Positions 49,336 to 62,297 of a stretch of 64,000 nucleotides of DNA are shown here, piece after piece. The notes beneath the pieces were generated by a model that ran no database searches, was not told the DNA's origin, and was given only the letters and a program-made list of their open reading frames with translations. Numbering within the stretch: position 1 is the first letter of the stretch; every line of letters starts with the position of its first letter. Source of the DNA: Hydrolagus colliei (lineage: Eukaryota); the NCBI GenBank assembly GCA_035084275.1, contig CM068756.1, forward strand, positions 8,990,001-9,054,000. The letters are read 5' to 3'. The position numbers and the translations under genes were made by a program.

Positions 49336-51257
49336 GTAGATATTCAGGAGGGTTATGCTCTTTCCTGGGATAGGAACTGAAAACAAATATTTGTACATTC
49401 CTCTTTTGTGATTGTTATTGAGATTAATTTGTATAAACATACCATGGAACAAGTGTCATAATTGCTATACTATATGGACAAGTAAGAGTTAATCTACTGG
49501 GCTCATTCACCCCCCCCCACCTCACCACCCATTGAAAACCAGGCTAGTCAGACAATGAGGACCCTGCTGTGAGCACACCCTTCACACTTTTTCTTGGCAA
49601 GCACTCTGCAAATGAGCATAAAGCTGCGAGATTTTGAATTTATGAATGTGTTATATTTAAGTACTGTTTATCTGTTCTTTGTCCGAAGCTGTTTATGTTC
49701 TAATTCGTATCTTCGTGTTCTAAAACCTGCAAAATAGCTTTTATGGTAAAATATTTGCAACATCATAGTTGATGTATGGCAATAGAGCTTTACTGCTTGG
49801 CATCATTTCTTATCCTGTTTAAATGATTACTGACACTGTGGTGATACATTAATATAAATCTGTAATGTGCACTGATGACAAACTACACGGTTGGAAGACC
49901 ATGTAATCTCTCTGCAATTAATTAAAGTGTTTGCAGGTTTTTCACAAGCCAGATGCCACTGTATTGCTGAAATAATGCTACTGTCACTATCAGAAATTAA
50001 CACAAAAAAAACAAAGATGCTAAAATACTGAAAACAGATGCAAGCATTTTGCATTGGTGTTTGCCCATGAAAGCTGCTGTTAACTTAAAATCGTAACATT
50101 GCACAGGAAGGCTTGTGGTATTTTCATTTGATGGCCAACAAAGAGTAGATTTAAAACCTGTCATAAATCAGATTACCTCAGATCTCTATTATAGACTTCA
50201 AGCTTTCTTTTAAAGAAAAAAGGTGATCTTGGATCCTCTGTTTAAGGATTGTGGCAGTAATGCAACATGCTATGTTTTTATATGTTTTCAAATATATATA
50301 TATATATCATCCAGCATACAGCATAAATTCATTTTATGATTAGTTGTAAAATACAGGTTTGGGAGGATGGCTTGAAAGCGGTCCTGCCTTTTGAAACTGG
50401 CACCGAAGTGAACAAATCTTTCAACGGTGCATTTGCCAGAACAGTGCATGTCATTAACTTTGCTTAGTCTTTTGTTAGAAGCTGAATTATTATCATTTGT
50501 ATGGACCTGTGTTGCAATCACAGGATGGGTGCTCTCAAATTACCTTTCATTTTGTGCTTTTTTAAGCCAAGGAAACACATCATCCCATAGCTGCTGTCTG
50601 TAAATGTTAAAGTATCAATTGCCTTTGTTGGTTATGTTTTCCTGCCCATATTGCGCATGAAGTTTAAGTTATTTAGCTGTGAAGTTCATAGTGTTCCACT
50701 CTAATTTGATTAAGTATATTTAGCACTGTTTAATGAGTTTTCTGCATAGCTGGATATAGGCTAATAATGAATGCTTCAGAGCTCCCTTGACAGCTGCTTT
50801 GGTATACAACGCCTTCGCTGTGAATTGTTAGATTCTAGTAGGTTTGGAATCTAGAGCTAATTAATTAATAGCTTAAAAAAACCCTCCATATTTCATACTA
50901 CAGATGTGCTGTTGCTGCTATTTTTGTACTTTTTTTCATTGAACTAATAGAATTGGCACCAAATGAATTGTTGCCTTTTTCAATGGGGGCAGCATCGAGT
51001 TGTGGATCAAGGTACTGCCGTTGTATAAAGTGCCACTGTTCATATTTCACACCTGTATTGCAGTTTATCGAGAGTAATGCCAGTAAACCCATCACCTAGC
51101 TGATGTTGTTATTCTGTAAATAGAAACTTTGTGCCTCTGAGATTGAATGCAAAGCAAAGCCTCTGATTTTGTACAATTGCCCTGCTCACTGGCTGTTTCT
51201 CCTTTCCCTGTTCTGGGCTGAATGAATAATAAATAATATAGGTACCTGGAGGATGAA

Positions 51258-51434
51258 GATTGGTTGACCACTCACTCCATGGCTCTTTATAGACATTGCT
51301 CTGTGCAATTGGTTGCCATGTTTCACCCACAAAATGCACAGTCAATCCACTTTATAGTATATCATGTGAAGCACATTGAGACATCTCAATTTTGTGAAAA
51401 AAGCCATATATCAAATGCAAGGAATATTATTATT
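51258..51434 (+). mobile_element. 5'-truncated tRNA-Deu-L2 SINE
   Basis: Deu segment and tail. Confidence 0.85.
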
Positions 51435-51747
51435 CTACTTCTGAGGGTAATGCAACAAGAATATCACTTTTAACAGTTTCAAGTGCAACTAATGGAGTCT
51501 TATGATGCTAGAACCAAGGGTTAATACTATAAGACTATTGGAAGAATAAAATGTAATCAGTATTTTATTAAACCCTAATACCTAACCATAATTAGTCACT
51601 TGTCCCTACCTAAAACAAAGGATATTGATAGCTGTCTCAGTGAGTACCTCAAAGGGGAACAGTCAAAACTATGTGGCAGATTGGAACTGTCTGATGCAGT
51701 ATACCCTGGGATGAGAAAGGAGAAACCGCCATTGATCATTAATATTA

Positions 51748-52172
51748 TAAATAATAATCCTTACATTTGATATAGTGCCTTTCACATTGGGAGGACAACC
51801 CAAGATCACAAGATTGGTTTGTATAAAGAAAGCCCTTTAACCCATTCAATCACATCCTTGTACGAGTAGAATACACTACCATATTCCCATCACATTATCA
51901 AGTTGTTTTAAATGCTTCCAGTGTGTTGGCCTCAACCACCCTTTGTGGCAACCTGTTCCAGTCATTAATTTCCCTGGGTAAAGAAATACTGTACTTCCTG
52001 GCATCTGTCCTGAAATTGCCCTTTGAATTTCGAAACTTGTATCCTCTTGTTCTATTGTCTTGATGCATCCTAAGGTACTGTTTTGGTTTTACATGTTCAA
52101 TCCCATTTAAAATGTTATTTACCTTGATAAGGTCCCTGCTGAGCTGTCTGTTTTTAAGACTGAAGAGCCAAT
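51748..52172 (-). mobile_element. SINE/L2 tail (51748-51800) followed by a CR1 3' end (51803-52172)
   Basis: GCCTCAACCACCC..GGCAACCTGTTCCA, AACTTGTATCCTCTTGTTCT and ACCTTGATAAGGTCCC are reverse CR1 ORF2 C-terminal motifs. Confidence 0.75.
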
Positions 52173-52487
52173 GTAGGCCCTTTATGTCACAGCAATCCGA
52201 ATTGTACAGAGTGCTTTATGTAGCTTAGTTTTGATGTGTGGATTTCCAAACTCAGCCGATTTGGCAGCATCCTGTTTACCTTGTTTATTCCTGCTGCACA
52301 ATGTTTTGGCATGGTGAGCAATGAATCAATTCTACTCCTAGATCTCTTTCAGCTTCCCCCTCGGCAAATCCCCCAACCATGAAGCACCTCCAAGGATTCA
52401 CTATAAAATGGAATGAATGTATATTGTAGATATATTTGTTAGCATTTTGTGCATAGCTGGAAAGAGTTTGAGGATTAAAAACAGAAA

Positions 52488-52760
52488 TCAAAGCGCTTTG
52501 AGACGTCGATAAGATGTGGAAAGCACTATATAAATATAAGGATTATTATTATTATAAATCGCTGGGAACAGGTCAGGTCAGGTCAGGCAGCACCTATGGA
52601 GAAAGGAAAGTGAGTCAACGTTTTGGGTCCACGACCCTTTGTCAGAATTCATGGTTGAGGATGTTGGATGAGGAAAGGTTGGTGGCTTGCTGTGATGTCC
52701 CCTCCAAAGCCACTTGGCTCAGACATGAGGAATGAGCACTTGGGTATGGAACGTGAATAT
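52488..52760 (+). mobile_element. Composite: SINE tail (52488-52555), Penelope-like terminal fragment (52560-52648) and AmnSINE2-like fragment (52655-52760)
   Basis: Tail with (ATT)n; CAGGTCAGGCAGCACCTATGGAGA..AACGTTT..GACCCTT.GTCAGAA; GCTGTGATGTCCCC..GGCTCAGACATGAGGAATGAGCACTTGGG. Confidence 0.55.
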
Positions 52761-53050
52761 GCAGGTCATCATATCACCATTGTCCTGTTCACAATTTGAT
52801 TTATTAATGTGGTAAAATTATGTCACCGTTTATAATACTGCCCACAAAATGTGATTTGAAGTGGGACTTGACTTTAACTGAGGTTTATATCATGCTGTGT
52901 GTAAGTTATTTTACTTTTGCAACAAATCTTGTCCTGAACGAAAACTCAATGCAACTGTAGCTTACACACATCAGTCCTCAGCAGACAGTCCTTGGCACAA
53001 ATTTCCTTTTTTCCATTTCAACTACAAAAGAAGAACAAGTTTTTAAAAGT

Positions 53051-53367
53051 AATGATAATAATAATCCTTGCATTTGATATAGCGCTTTTCCCATCATCTT
53101 CTAGACATGTCAAAGCGCTTCACAGAAAATACTGTAAAGTGAATTGACTGTATATTTGTGCGCGAATCGCGGCAGCCAATTATGCATAGTAGTGTCCCAC
53201 AAACAATCATGGATTGAAATAACCAATTTATTATTGTGTTTTTTTAGGGATTATTATTAGGCGTGTGGAGTAAGGAAATTTGCCCAAGGTTTCGCCCTGC
53301 CTGGAATTGAACACAGGTCTCCCGCTTGTAAGGCAAGTGCTCTAACTACTGAGCTACAGGACTCCAC
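53051..53367 (-). mobile_element. Full-length tRNA-Deu-L2 SINE
   Basis: Reverse complement is collinear with 41611-41954. Confidence 0.95.
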
Positions 53368-54625
53368 AGCTGTTTTCTACATCCTGAGAGCAGTCCAAGT
53401 GATAACTATACAAGACTGTTAGCAGCCTTTTGTTACCAGATCATGATGACATATTACTTGCTGCTGGCCATAATCATGTGAAAGTCTGAGTTTTCTGTGT
53501 GTTCTTCCCCCTCCTACCGTCTCCCAACTCCCCTATGGATAGGTGCTATAATATATAAAGGTTCAACAAGATCATCTGCCAATATCCCACAAAAATGCTG
53601 CAAATGTTGCTTTATTATGTGTGAGGAGAGACACTGAGTATCAAGAAGAGGCTTAACCATCATTGCCAATCCTGCACACTTTCCGAGAGGCAATAAATAA
53701 CCATCAGGACTGGGTAAAATTGGGTTCCCCCCACTCCGACTAGGGCACTCAGAAGTACCCTAACTCTTCCAGCGGATATGAGTTATCAGTTATCTATGAC
53801 TGAAACCTGCAGTCTTGTAGTCTGAATGGCAGCCTGCCTTTCTCCAACAAACCATGGGGAAGTTGGGTTTTGTACATCTTAGTTGTTTTGCCAGAGTGCT
53901 GATAGTTATTAGTGTAGAGAAAACTCATCTCTTACTCCTTAATCACAAATAAAACCCCAGTTCCTGATTCTTCAGATTTAGAAAAACCCACTTACGTTGA
54001 CATTTATAGTTTGCCTGCAGATTCTAGCCGGCAGCTCTGTGACATCATCATCTTTTGGAAGGAGCCTGCTCACAGTCGCCTCAAAGCAGGCAATGGCTGC
54101 TCTCAGCAAGTGAAAAATATTCACTTTGAAACTTGTTTTTGCTGTGTAGATGAAATGATAAGAAATGAATTACTGCTCAGAACAAGATATTGGAGGAGAG
54201 TTCTCTGCACTGAATACAAGTGTTTTGGAGCCTCGAGTTTCCCTTTAAGCAGGATTTGATCTTTTCAAAGGAGGTCTTAAATGGGCTCCACTCTATATGT
54301 CTTCTGCATGAGGAAGATAATCTTCAGCCTTCATTGTGCTCTGTGGGATAATGTTCTATACACTTTAGGGTGTTATTCTATCAGAAATGCCACAAGAAAA
54401 AAATTCTGAATGATTCCGAAGTCAGAGGAAACAATTAACTCTAATGCAATATAACACCAAAGTGACAAGCCTTGGCTCAGAAAAGTGGGCTCCAAACACA
54501 AAGCAGAATTGGGGCTCGGAGCCAGCTATTAAGTTTATTAATAGAATGAAGCTTTTTTGTGTAAAAAATATTTTTTCCAAGCTTGTGTAAGCAGTGTCTT
54601 TGTGTTGGTTTCTGATCATTCTATG

Positions 54626-54974
54626 GTGGAGTCCTATAGCTCAATGATTAGAGCACTCGCCTCGCAAGCGAGAGATCTGGGTTCAATTTCCAGCAGAGCG
54701 AAATATTGAGCTAGTTTCCTTACTCCACACACATCTGTTTACGGAATCCGGTTGTTAGTCAATTGGCGGACCGCTTTTCCGTGGGTAATAATTCCTTCCA
54801 AAAAAAGTTATGAATTGGTTATTTCAATCATGACTCATTTGTGGGATGCTTATGTATGTAATTGGCTGTCACGTTGTGGCCCAAAAAACAGTCAATTCAC
54901 TTTACAGCATATTCTGGGAGGCGCTTTGAGACATCACGATAAGGCGCTTCATCAAATGCAAGGATTATTATTAT
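54626..54974 (+). mobile_element. Full-length tRNA-Deu-L2 SINE (long subfamily)
   Basis: Head with anticodon-like arm CTCGC-CTCGCAA-GCGAG and an extra TCTGTTTAC..GTTGTTAGTCAATTGGCGGA segment. Confidence 0.92.
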
Positions 54975-56079
54975 AAGTACTACTTAACCTCATTATTAGC
55001 TTTATCATACTGTAGTGGACGAGGTAGTATTTTTAAAAACATATTAAGATATCTTATTGCTGTCTAGTCTATCTCTTGTTTAAAGAACATTTCAGTGTAT
55101 TGGTTTTAGACTGTTTAGCTTCTTCCTTTAAATTAAGACAACTGGTGCAGTTATAATTTATAAATTATAATAACCTTTAACATATATGCTGTATCAAATA
55201 TACATATATACTGTGTATATATACTGTATATTGATATATGCTGGAAAAAGGACTGCTACTCGGGCAATAAAGCCTCCACTTGCCTTGTTTTGAACAAAAG
55301 GTTATGTTGTCTGGTTTATTTGTGATTCACGTTGTGCACAAGACAAATGGTTTTGATTTTAGAATATTCTCTGCCTAGCAGATCCCAGTGCGTTGCTTAC
55401 TGAAGGAGCCAAAATTGGTAGAGGCTAAACTAATATTTTTTATAACCTAAGCCTGACAGTACAGATGATAGAAGATATTTCATTTTTTATGCATACAAAA
55501 AATATGAGAAATTGTGCTTTGCAGATATTTGCTCAAAGCAAGTGCAAATTTAGGTCATAAGATTGCCCAAGGTCAAGACAGCTGGAAGAAGGAAATAGTA
55601 TCCACCGCGTAACTGAGTGAAAAATGATCCAAATATTAGACTCATCTACACTGCATTAAGAAGCCATTGCTTTCTCACAACAACTTTATACTATTTCAAT
55701 ATAAAAATGGTGCAATTTTAGCTCAACTCCAGTTATGATTGACAATTACTGCTGCATAATTCACAGAAAAGTCTCTTCTGCGCCCTGCTATTTTCCCTCT
55801 CGTTGACATTCTGGAGAAAATGCTTGACAAATGTGTTATATATCAGCCTGTTTTTCCAACTCTTTAGGCTTAATCTGCAATGCCTTGCTAAGCGTATATA
55901 GATCATTAGTGTTGTGACTTGAAAAGGTCACGGCACCCATAATTTCCCCCCTCTGATATTGTCCTTACTGAATATGACACCGACTGTAAATACTAAATCA
56001 TACACTGTGTTGATCTGGTCTTCCAATGGAGCACATCACTAGTAATAACATTACATTACTCTCCATTGTACGAGAGTTG

Positions 56080-56520
56080 CTGTTTCAGACTTAATTAGAT
56101 TTGATGTCAACATTTCTTCATCACCAGCATCATTTTGGTGAATGCGTGTGTGTCTGTGTGTCAATTGTTTCTCTTCAGATTTATTATTGCCCTCATTGTT
56201 ATCATCTATCTGTCAGCTTTGGTGGTGCTCAGATTGACAATCATAAAGTTAATTACCAGCACTAATGAGCGCAGGGCTTGGGTGGGCAGTGCACTCTGGG
56301 TAATCTTTAGTGTTAAACAAGCGCCCCATTAGGCTGTCACCCTGTGGTGTTTTATATTCTCCCCCCTCTGTAGTTACGGAGCCCCTCTCCCTTGCCTCGG
56401 CTCCTCTATGCTTTCTATTTATCATTATCTGCCACTTTGTTAAATAATTCCCTACCCCAGACATAAATCATGCATAAAAATACTCCGGCGCGGAGAAAAT
56501 TTCACTTCAGTGCTGCAATG
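56080..56520. promoter_or_regulatory. Candidate highly conserved developmental enhancer (CNE)
   Basis: Repeat-free. Contains TAATTA, CTGTCA (56210, 56334), CATTGT (Sox), TCATAAA (Hox/Cdx) and ATAAATCA = TGATTTAT (Pbx-Hox, 56463-56470). Conservation is untested. Confidence 0.55.
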
Positions 56521-58003
56521 ATGAGATAACCATTTTCATCTGTTGTTGAAGCATTGAGATTTATTGGCCTTTGATGTGCTACAAACCAGGCATCACTCTT
56601 TGCTAAACAGACTCTGGGTTGCATTCATTCTTATTGCATTTAACGATGCAAAATGGAGTGCTTTTCCCTTGTGGGCCTTGTCCCAGCCAAGGTGGGGCTG
56701 CCAGCGTCAATGTCATTACTTTATATTAGATAAAAAGGCCACATAAAAGGCATGCAGTGATTTCAATGATTTTTTATTTGTGTTTAGCAGCGTTGACAGA
56801 ATGTCATACTGGAATGACTGCTAAAGCCATTTTTTCTGTCCTGCCTTGGCAGTCCTGTCCCTCGAGGGCAGTTCCATTGTACTATAATATTAATTCTGCT
56901 AACTTTCAGACTTCATTGCTGACAACAGGCCTTTTGGCATTCACAGCCTATTACATTAAACTTCCCATCAAACTGTGTCAGCTTCAGAGGCCACTGAAGC
57001 TCAGAAAAGTCTTGATATTCCACCACTTGACACCAGTGGCAGGTGTTTTTTAAATTGCTCTCAGGTTTGTTTTCTTGGTGCCAGGAAACAGAGGTTAAAT
57101 CCCTCCTGTGAATCAGGCATGATTACTGGGGGGGATGAATAGCACCTAACAGCACAGTCGTGTACAAATAGAGAGTGTCATCTTGGTTCTGCGGGTACCC
57201 ATTCTGCTAGAGAATCATCTGTGGCATGGGAGAGATTGTTTTGTCACCCTGACAATAAACATTGTACATCAGAACCCTGACGTCCAGGACAAATCCATGA
57301 AGACAGATAACTGAGTATGTAAGTGGCTAGGGACTGACCAGAGTGGTACCCAGTCACCTGCACTGACAGAAACTATTAGAGCCTCAGTTAAAAGCATGAA
57401 GATGCCGCAAAGATGGATTCGGGGAAGGGGGGAAATGACTGGGAGAGCAGAGATTTCCATCGGTAATGACTGATCATGCCAGTTGTCTCATCCCATCAAT
57501 TGTTTCCCTTCCTGCAGTTTTAGGGGCACTGTATGCCCTGTTGAATGGCTCTCTGCTGAGCTCAGAAAGTAAAACCTGCTCTTCAGACAGCAGCTGTAAT
57601 GGGATTGATGCTCTTCACTAAATCCGCAGTCGCTCAGAGGCCATTGATCTGTTTTGGGGCAAATCTTTCTGATTGGGTAAAGTGAGCAGCACTTAAGGTT
57701 TCACTAATGTTGTTATCCACTTTCATTCCTTGCCTTGCTGCACAAGAGCCCATAAAAATCAGTCACCGTAATTCTTTCCTCCCCTCAGCTACACAGAAAT
57801 TTGCCTCATACAATAAATATAATAAAAATGTACTCTGCTTAGAGAGAATTTCCAACGTGGCTCAGTCTCTTGTTGGGATGTTTCTTGTCTTTGGAACACT
57901 GACGACAAGCTTCATCTACTAAAGCAAATTACGCAACAATTACAAATGCAATCTGCAATTTCATTAATGGGTTCAGACTATTTCATGGAGTCATGCAGCT
58001 CAT

Positions 58004-58299
58004 TGGAGTTCTGAAGCTCAGTGGTTAGAGATCTCGCCTCGCAAGCATGGGATCTGGGTTTGATTCCCGGCATAGTGAAATGCTGGGCAATTTTCCTTAC
58101 TCTATGTACCTATTTACTTGGCAGTAAATTAGAATGTGGTTGTTAGTCAATTGGCGGATCATTTTCCGGAGGAAACAATCCCTTAAAAAAAAATTGGGTC
58201 ACTCAATCCACGACTGTTTGTGCAACGGTGCCATGTTTTGTTACGGTGTATCTTGTGAAGTGCTTTGAGACATCTCAATATGAAATACAAGGATTATTA
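58004..58299 (+). mobile_element. tRNA-Deu-L2 SINE (long subfamily, internally deleted)
   Basis: A and B boxes, long linker and partial tail. Confidence 0.88.
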
Positions 58300-58359
58300 C
58301 CATTGTCATTATCAGTTTCTGCTGATGATATCCTGAGCTACAAATGCTAACACAGTCCC

Positions 58360-58590
58360 AACATCTAGCCCTAATCTATGCTGTGATCCCTGGCCTCAAC
58401 CAGGATAGCAGTGGTAGAAGGAAGGGGAGGGGACGGGGCTGCAATTGGTCTCAGACTATGAGAGCTGGTGGAGGAAGGAAATGACGAGGCTTTAATACTC
58501 CTGATTGTCATTCATTGAGCATTGCTGGAAAGTGTGTGTATTTGATGATCAGATTTGCGTTGGCTCTGATGCCCTCCACAGTTGAATGAA
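58360..58590 (+). mobile_element. AmnSINE2-like SINE
   Basis: GGGGCTGCAATTGGTCTCAG, CTCCTGAT..TGCTGGAAAGTGTGTGT and GGCTCTGATGCCCTCCACAGTTGAAT. Confidence 0.6.
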
Positions 58591-59339
58591 TGAAGTGACT
58601 AATATTCATGTAAACATTACCTAGAATGAGTGAGTATCTTAGTGAGAAGAGGAAGACAGGAAAACGCATGGGGAGGATTGGGGGATAAAATAAATACAGT
58701 ACCAGTTTGTAAAGTAATAAACATAGCAAAAATACTGCATAGATGAGTTATAACCATATATCCTGTGAATTAACTAAAAGGTGGGAAGAAAAATCCACCA
58801 TTAGCCTAGGTAGTGAGCTTCTGGATCACTAAGTGTACGGCATCTTCACACACATTTTATATACAGGGGATATATTGACAGTCAGCCCATCACAACCTTT
58901 TAATCATAAATATTATTCTCAAATGGACTTAAGTATCGCTAAAAGCTAGCTGTATTAAATGCTCCTTAGTGTTGTGTGTGAAACTTTCAGATTGAGGCAT
59001 TATTTACAGTTGAATATTTTGCCCCATTTAGCTTTTACTGTGATTCCTAGTCACCTGTGATGCATTTATCTTTGGCTTCTTTGACTGCTGAATAATTCAC
59101 CAAAGAATCTTTCAATGTAGTCACACTGAAATAGGCACTGCAACACAGATTTGTTGGGGTGAGAAAGAATACTGGAGTCTAGTTGTGCAGATAATTTCCC
59201 CATGGCTAACTTGAAAGTCAGTTGTGGTCACTACAGCTAGTGATTATTGCTATTAGGATGCTTTAGTTTTATGCCATTAGCCCTGTGAGAATGAACAAAT
59301 TGTGCTCATACATGTAGGAGGCAATTCTGAACTTTGATT

Positions 59340-60460
59340 TTTGAAGGTTCATTAGATAAATGCTGACATCACAGATTGATGTCTCTTTAAACTAGTGCCT
59401 GGTGCAGAGCCATCAAGGGGAATCAAAAATATTGACTTAACATGTTTGTGCAGACCATCCACAGGAGAATTCCTCTGCATTAATGGGATCCATCAATTTA
59501 GGTGTTCTTTAATTATTCTAGTTATACACTTCTCAGTTGGAAAGAGACTGTGTCAGCTGAGCTATTCCTGTTCAAGGGAATCAGCTTCTTCTACAGAGAG
59601 GAAAAAAGCCGGATGCAGCCTCTTGCATCTATTTTTCATCATCACATTTTACCCTGCTGTTCAGTAATTAAAATTTTTTAGTATGGACTAATTTGCCTGT
59701 AGAATTCAGGTGGAAATTGACAGGGGACTGATTAATGGGCAGGTTTCGAAGCCTATGAGCTATTTTGGCTGCTTAGCAAAATGTTTGCCAGCAAAATAAC
59801 ATTGATGGTTTTGTTCCTGTTTAACCCCTCACCCCGATGCCATCAATAGATTGAATACATCATTTGTTTCTGCAAGTGTTTCTTTAATTAAGATCTCCTA
59901 AAAATCTTTGCTATCGATTCATTCCATTAACTTATTGATTAACCGTGCTGGATCATGTACTTGCTCTTTAGTGGAAGGCAGTATTTTGAGCCTTCTGTCA
60001 TTATACACAGACATGAACGTTGAACACAGCTCGGCCTCCATGACTGTCAGTGTGCTTTGATTTTCAATGAGCCTCTTGACTTCTCTGCTCTTAGTTTAGC
60101 ACACGGCGAGCTGGCCGAATGATCTTGAAAAGCAAAGGCCCAGACGAATAAAAGGATTTCAGAGTAAATCACTTTCCTTCTCCCACTCGGCATCATCTAT
60201 TTTTTTAATTACAATTGTCAGAAGTCTTAACACTTTTACTGCAGAATGATTGTCAAGATGTGTCCTCAGATCATCGGAGCTATTAAAATCTCAATCACGG
60301 GGGCCAAGTTTTTGGCCACAGAATTCTCTCACCGTGGTAATGATTATTGAAGCAGAACTTTTAGCAAAGTTGTATGTGTCCATTCTGTTAAATAACCACA
60401 TTGGTTTAAACACACAGTGCAGGTGTATTTGCCAAATTGATTAAAATCACAAAGCTCTTA
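59340..60460. promoter_or_regulatory. Candidate CNE cluster with Meis plus Pbx-Hox syntax
   Basis: TGACAG 59718-59723 lies next to TGATTAATGG 59729-59738; ATCCATCA (TGATGGAT) at 59488-59495; no recognisable repeats. Confidence 0.5.
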
Positions 60461-61729
60461 GGGGATGGCAAATTCCTGCTTTTGTCGATACTGATGGCAT
60501 CGATTTTCTTTATCACAATTAGACATGTGTTTATATGGAATTTGTATTACACTATGAATGAATGACTGATGTGTGGATTATAATTAATGCTTGGGCTAGT
60601 CATGATACCATATTAGTTCACACCAACCAAATCTAAGGTTTTTCTTCAAGTTTATTTCAAATAGCAATTTAAGTGGAATTCAACCACACTGAGAATTATT
60701 TGAATCAGCGGAACGAAACCGATCAACACAATTCCATTGCATAAATGGTTATTTTCTCTCCAGATAATCCTGGCAATTAAGACATGTTCTTTTTCACTCA
60801 TATTTCTGTGAACAATTCTTGTTTGTTTAGACACTTGTTCTCCTTTCTAGATTATTGCCTCCTTCTCAATTTGTGTTGACACTTCTTTATCCAAGTAAAG
60901 TTTAATTTAGTGTTGATCAAAATGAAACTGCTCAGGCTGATTCACCTCACATTAATGGATAATCTGAGTTGAAAAAAAATTCCCTTCACTTCGGGTGTCT
61001 TTCAAACACTTTAATTAGTCTTCGCAGCCATCCATGTTCGTGGGAAGAGATGCACATACGTATGTGAGTCTTTCCAAAGAGGGAAATCCTACTCACATGA
61101 TGGCACACTTCATTACACTCCCTGCCTCTGTCGTACATAAGTTACAAGATTGATCTAAAAATCCTATGTTGTTAAGAATCATTGGTTAGTATTGCTCTTT
61201 GGTGATTTGTACTTATACTGTACCATGAGTTGTACTATGGTGCATCAAGTATAGGCAACCTAAGATTTGGAAAATCATGCCCCCTTCCCTCCCCACCCCC
61301 ATTGCACCCTGTAATGGAAGCTCAAGCACATGACACCAAGATTGAGCAATTTGCTGACGGTTGAAGAAGGACCTTCTAAAAATTCTAAAAACTTAATTTA
61401 TACTTTTTAGATTATGTTAGACTCATTTGTAATCTCACTGGGACAATACTTACCAAATGGAGAATGGTCCCTACCCACATCAATCACAAAGGCACTACAC
61501 TGAGTGCACAGAGAAGCACAACTCGATTTGATTGTTTCTAGTTAATAACCAGATTCAAGCCAAATGACAAGGAAAATGACACTAATAGTTCCATGTATAT
61601 AGGTTAGTGCCACTATCATTGACATGCTGCCAGAATTAAGTTGGAAATTACTCGCTTCTAATCTGGATCAACAACTGAATACGGTTGCGTTAAATGAATG
61701 AATGCAAATTCCTGGTCGGTGAAGCCGTT

Positions 61730-61800
61730 GAACTTGAGTCAAACAGCCCTGGAAGGTCCCAGGTTCTATCCGTGGCCTGTGCTGCATCAGTTGCACAAGT
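61730..61800 (+). mobile_element. AmnSINE2-like tRNA head fragment
   Basis: TGAGTCAAACAGCCCTGGAAGGTCCCAGGTTCTATCCGTGGCCTGTGCTG. Confidence 0.55.
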
Positions 61801-61993
61801 ATCAATCAGGTTTCAGATATTGACGATCGCTAAAAGAAGAATCGATCTCACTTCTTCCAGAAGCACTGCAACTTGTGAGCAGAGACACTATGTGGGCGGA
61901 AGAGATTGAATGATGGTAATAGTATGATTACATTTGATATTTGATGCACCTTCAAGTTGTACTTCATTCAGTAAATTATGCTCATTTCTTGTT

Positions 61994-62297
61994 CAGAATC
62001 ATAGAAATTTCAACACGAATAGCACAGAAGGTCATTCAGACCATTGTTCCTGTGCTGGCTCTTTGAAAGAGCAATCTATTCAGTCCCATGTACCTGTCTT
62101 TTCCTCATACCCCTGGAAATTATTGCTTTTTAGATATCCATCTAGTTCCTTCTTGAAAACGAATATAGATTCTGTCTCCACACCCAGCAGGGCATTCCAC
62201 ACTCTAACAACTCTTTGTAAAATAATTCCTCCTAATCTTTCCCCCCTTTGCTACCTTACAAACCATCTTAAATTGATGCCCTCTAGTCACTGATTCC
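61994..62297 (-). mobile_element. CR1 LINE 3' end
   Basis: AGAATCATAGAA...AGCACAGAAGG.CATTCAG.CCAT..CCTGTGCTGGCTCTTTGAAAGAGC...GGCATTCCAC.CTAACAACTCT. Confidence 0.85.

Noticed and set aside
54626-54700. tRNA-Ala-like gene (also the heads at 6360-6438, 41611, 49027, 53300-53367 and 58004)
   Set aside because: These are SINE heads: the anticodon varies between copies, the acceptor stem is broken and each runs into the SINE body.
1300-58300. Strand bias of SINE copies relative to FTO transcription
   Set aside because: Roughly 16 plus versus 10 minus copies is too small an excess to be meaningful.
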